Shown here in pieces: positions 61,910-64,000 of a stretch of 64,000 nt of DNA; position 1 is the first letter of the stretch; every line of letters starts with the position of its first letter. The position numbers and the translations under genes are program-made. The stretch covers positions 43,503 to 107,502 of the forward strand of contig JAIXTY010000045.1 in assembly GCA_027483705.1 (NCBI GenBank). Reading direction: 5' to 3'. This stretch comes from Rubrivivax sp. Its GTDB lineage: Bacteria; Pseudomonadota; Gammaproteobacteria; Burkholderiales; Burkholderiaceae_C. Under the pieces are notes generated by a model. It saw only the letters and a program-made list of their open reading frames with translations. It was not told where the DNA came from and did no database searches.

Positions 61910-63397
61910 ATGACCGCATCCACCGTCCACCGGCCCCGCCTCCCGCTCCGCGCCCTGCCGCTGCGCCGCTGGCGCTGGGCCGCCGCCGGCACGCTGCTGG
62001 CCCTGGCCGCCGGCTGCGGCGGCGGGGGCGGCGGCGGCGACCCGGTCCCGCCGACGCTCGGGCCGCTGGCCGTGGCGGTGTCGGACACCGCCGCCGGCAG
62101 CGGCACGCTGACCGTGCGCCTCACGCTGCCGGCCAACGCCGCCGGCCGCAGCGTGACGCTGCCCTGGCGCACCGCCGAGCTCGGCAGCGGCACCGGCTTT
62201 GCCCGCGGCGGCGCGGCCTGCGGCGGTGACGTCGACTTCGTGGCGGTCGCGGCCGGCAGCCTGCAGCCGCCCGCGCTCGACGCCACCGTGACGGTGACGC
62301 TGTGCCCGAACGCCACGCTCGAGCCCGACGAGCGCTTCGAGATCCAGTTCGACTGGAACGGCGCCACGCAGCGCGTGGAGGCGCTGATCGTCAACGACGC
62401 GCCAGGCGGCCTGAACGACACCGGTGTGGCGATCTGCCTCGACGAGACCGGCGCCGTGGTCAGCTGCAGCGTCACGCGGCTGGCGGGCCAGGACGCCGTG
62501 CTCGGCCGCGACGCGCGCGCGCTCACCAGCGGCGCGGCCGACGGCCGCCTGGGCTTTGCCTACGAGGCCGTGGGCGGCTGCACGCGCGACCGCGTCACCG
62601 GCCTCGTGTGGGACGCCGCCAGCAGCGCCACCACGGCCGCGGCGGCCGAGGCCGCGGTGGCCGCGGCCAACGCCGCCGCGCGCTGCGGCGCCACCGACTG
62701 GCGGCTGCCCACGGTGGCCGAGCTGGCCTCGCTGGTGGACAGCGGCGCCGCCGCGGCGCCCTACATCGGCGCCGCGCTCGGCAGCACGCCGTCGGCGGCG
62801 CACTGGAGCGCCGAGGCCTACGCCGGCGACACCCGCGCACGCTGGGTGGTGAACTTCGAGAACGCCGCCATCGGCTTCGAGACCGCCACCAACCCGCTGG
62901 CCAAGCCGGCGGCCGTGCGCCCGGTGCGCGGCGGCACGGCCGCGGCCGCGCCCGGCTGCACCGACGCCAGCCCGGCGCGCTACGTGGACCACGGCAACGG
63001 CACCGTCACCGACACCGGCACCGGGCTGATGTGGATGCAGTGCACCGAGGGCCTCTCGGGCAGCGCCTGCGCCACCGGCAGCGCCACCGCCTACCGCAGC
63101 TTCGGCGACGCGCTGTCGCGGGCCCAGGCCGTCAACGCCGACCGCGCCGGCGCCGGCCGCGGCTTCGGCGACTGGCGCGTGCCCAACCGCAACGAGCTGG
63201 CCTCGCTGGTGCTGCGCAGCTGCCATGCCCCGGCGATCCAGCGCACGCGCTTCCCCGGCACGCCCGCGCTCAGCGCCTGGAGCAGCAGCGCGGCACGCGC
63301 CGGCTTCGCCTGGTACGTCGACTTCGCCGACGGCAGCGTGGCGCCCGGCGGCGTCAGCGGCGACCGCGTGCTGCGCCTGGTGCGCGCCGGCAACTGA
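61910..63397 (+). CDS. Lipoprotein with a Calx-beta-like domain and two DUF1566 (Lcl C-terminal) domains
   Basis: CAGGAG RBS; lipobox LAAG-C followed by poly-Gly; ATLEPDERFEI...IVND; RDRVTGLVW..DWRLPTVAELASL and DHGNGTVTDTGTGLMWMQC..DWRVPNRNELASL..LRLVR. Confidence 0.88.
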   Translation: MTASTVHRPRLPLRALPLRRWRWAAAGTLLALAAGCGGGGGGGDPVPPTLGPLAVAVSDTAAGSGTLTVRLTLPANAAGRSVTLPWRTAELGSGTGFARGGAACGGDVDFVAVAAGSLQPPALDATVTVTLCPNATLEPDERFEIQFDWNGATQRVEALIVNDAPGGLNDTGVAICLDETGAVVSCSVTRLAGQDAVLGRDARALTSGAADGRLGFAYEAVGGCTRDRVTGLVWDAASSATTAAAAEAAVAAANAAARCGATDWRLPTVAELASLVDSGAAAAPYIGAALGSTPSAAHWSAEAYAGDTRARWVVNFENAAIGFETATNPLAKPAAVRPVRGGTAAAAPGCTDASPARYVDHGNGTVTDTGTGLMWMQCTEGLSGSACATGSATAYRSFGDALSRAQAVNADRAGAGRGFGDWRVPNRNELASLVLRSCHAPAIQRTRFPGTPALSAWSSSAARAGFAWYVDFADGSVAPGGVSGDRVLRLVRAGN

Positions 63398-63431
63398 GCC
63401 GCTGTGAACGAAGCCGGCGCGGCCGGCGCGC

Positions 63432-64000
63432 TCAGAGGTAGTCGTTGACCAGCGCCTCCAGCCACTCCTGCTTGCCGGAGCGCGGCTGCGGATCGAGCTG
63501 GTGCTTGTGCGCCAGCGCGGCCAGCTCGTCGAGGCTGCGCTTGCCACCCAGGATGGCGCGGCCGAGCTTGCCGTCCCAGCCGGCGTAGCGCTCGGCCACG
63601 AAGCGCGCGAGCGCGCCGTCGGCGATCATCTTCTCGGCCACCAGCAGCGCACGCGCGCACAGATCCATCGCGGTGGCATGGCCGATGACCAGGTCGTCGG
63701 GGTCGATCGACTGGCGGCGGATCTTGGCGTCGAAGTTCAGGCCGCCGGTCGTGAAGCCGCCGCCCTGGACGATGTGGTACAGCGCCAGCGCCATCTGCGG
63801 CAGGTTGTTCGGGAACTGGTCGGTGTCCCAGCCCAGCAGCTCGTCGCCGCGGTTCATGTCGATGGAGCCGAAGATGCCCAGCGCCTGCGCCGTGACGATC
63901 TCGTGCTCGAAGCTGTGGCCGGCCAGCAGCGCGTGGTTCTGCTCGATGTTGACGGCGACTTCCTTCTCCAGGCCGAAGCGCTGGAGGAAGCCGTAGACGG
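63432..64000 (-). CDS. xylA: Xylose isomerase, C-terminal part (runs off the window)
   Basis: [56 protein letters not shown]: class II XylA motifs. Confidence 0.95.
   Translation of the reverse strand, partial: VYGFLQRFGLEKEVAVNIEQNHALLAGHSFEHEIVTAQALGIFGSIDMNRGDELLGWDTDQFPNNLPQMALALYHIVQGGGFTTGGLNFDAKIRRQSIDPDDLVIGHATAMDLCARALLVAEKMIADGALARFVAERYAGWDGKLGRAILGGKRSLDELAALAHKHQLDPQPRSGKQEWLEALVNDYL

Noticed and set aside
62400-63397. Diversity-generating retroelement targeting DUF1566
   Set aside because: No reverse transcriptase and no adenine-variant template/variable repeat pair are visible in the window.
53565-63547. Long minus-strand ORFs over the secretion operon
   Set aside because: Antisense shadows of well-supported plus-strand genes.

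Overview
High-GC, betaproteobacterial-looking window (Burkholderiales-like by gene content; inference). The left 7.6 kb holds small stress/redox genes (CMD/AhpD end, EamA transporter, DsrE-like protein), a WYL regulator divergent from ABM-like, TfoX-C and HD genes, and a lower-GC islet (nuclease-DUF2075 helicase and Fic) next to the 3' end of tRNA-fMet. About 45 kb is occupied by two tandem minus-strand giant genes (~12,420 aa and ~2,635 aa). Both start with a LEPRxLL leader, share a paralogous C-terminal beta-helix-like module and end in a similar aromatic motif. Divergent from them is a tightly coupled operon: SapC, TolC, membrane fusion protein (MFP), GAF-like-MFP, PqqD/RRE-like-M50 peptidase-MFP, a degenerate SecA paralog and a DUF1566 lipoprotein. 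The window ends in xylA. The main candidate system is a type-I-like export apparatus for giant LEPRxLL proteins that has no ABC transporter and whose only ATPase-like gene has lost its catalytic motifs. All family assignments come from motif recognition by eye; no database searches were run.
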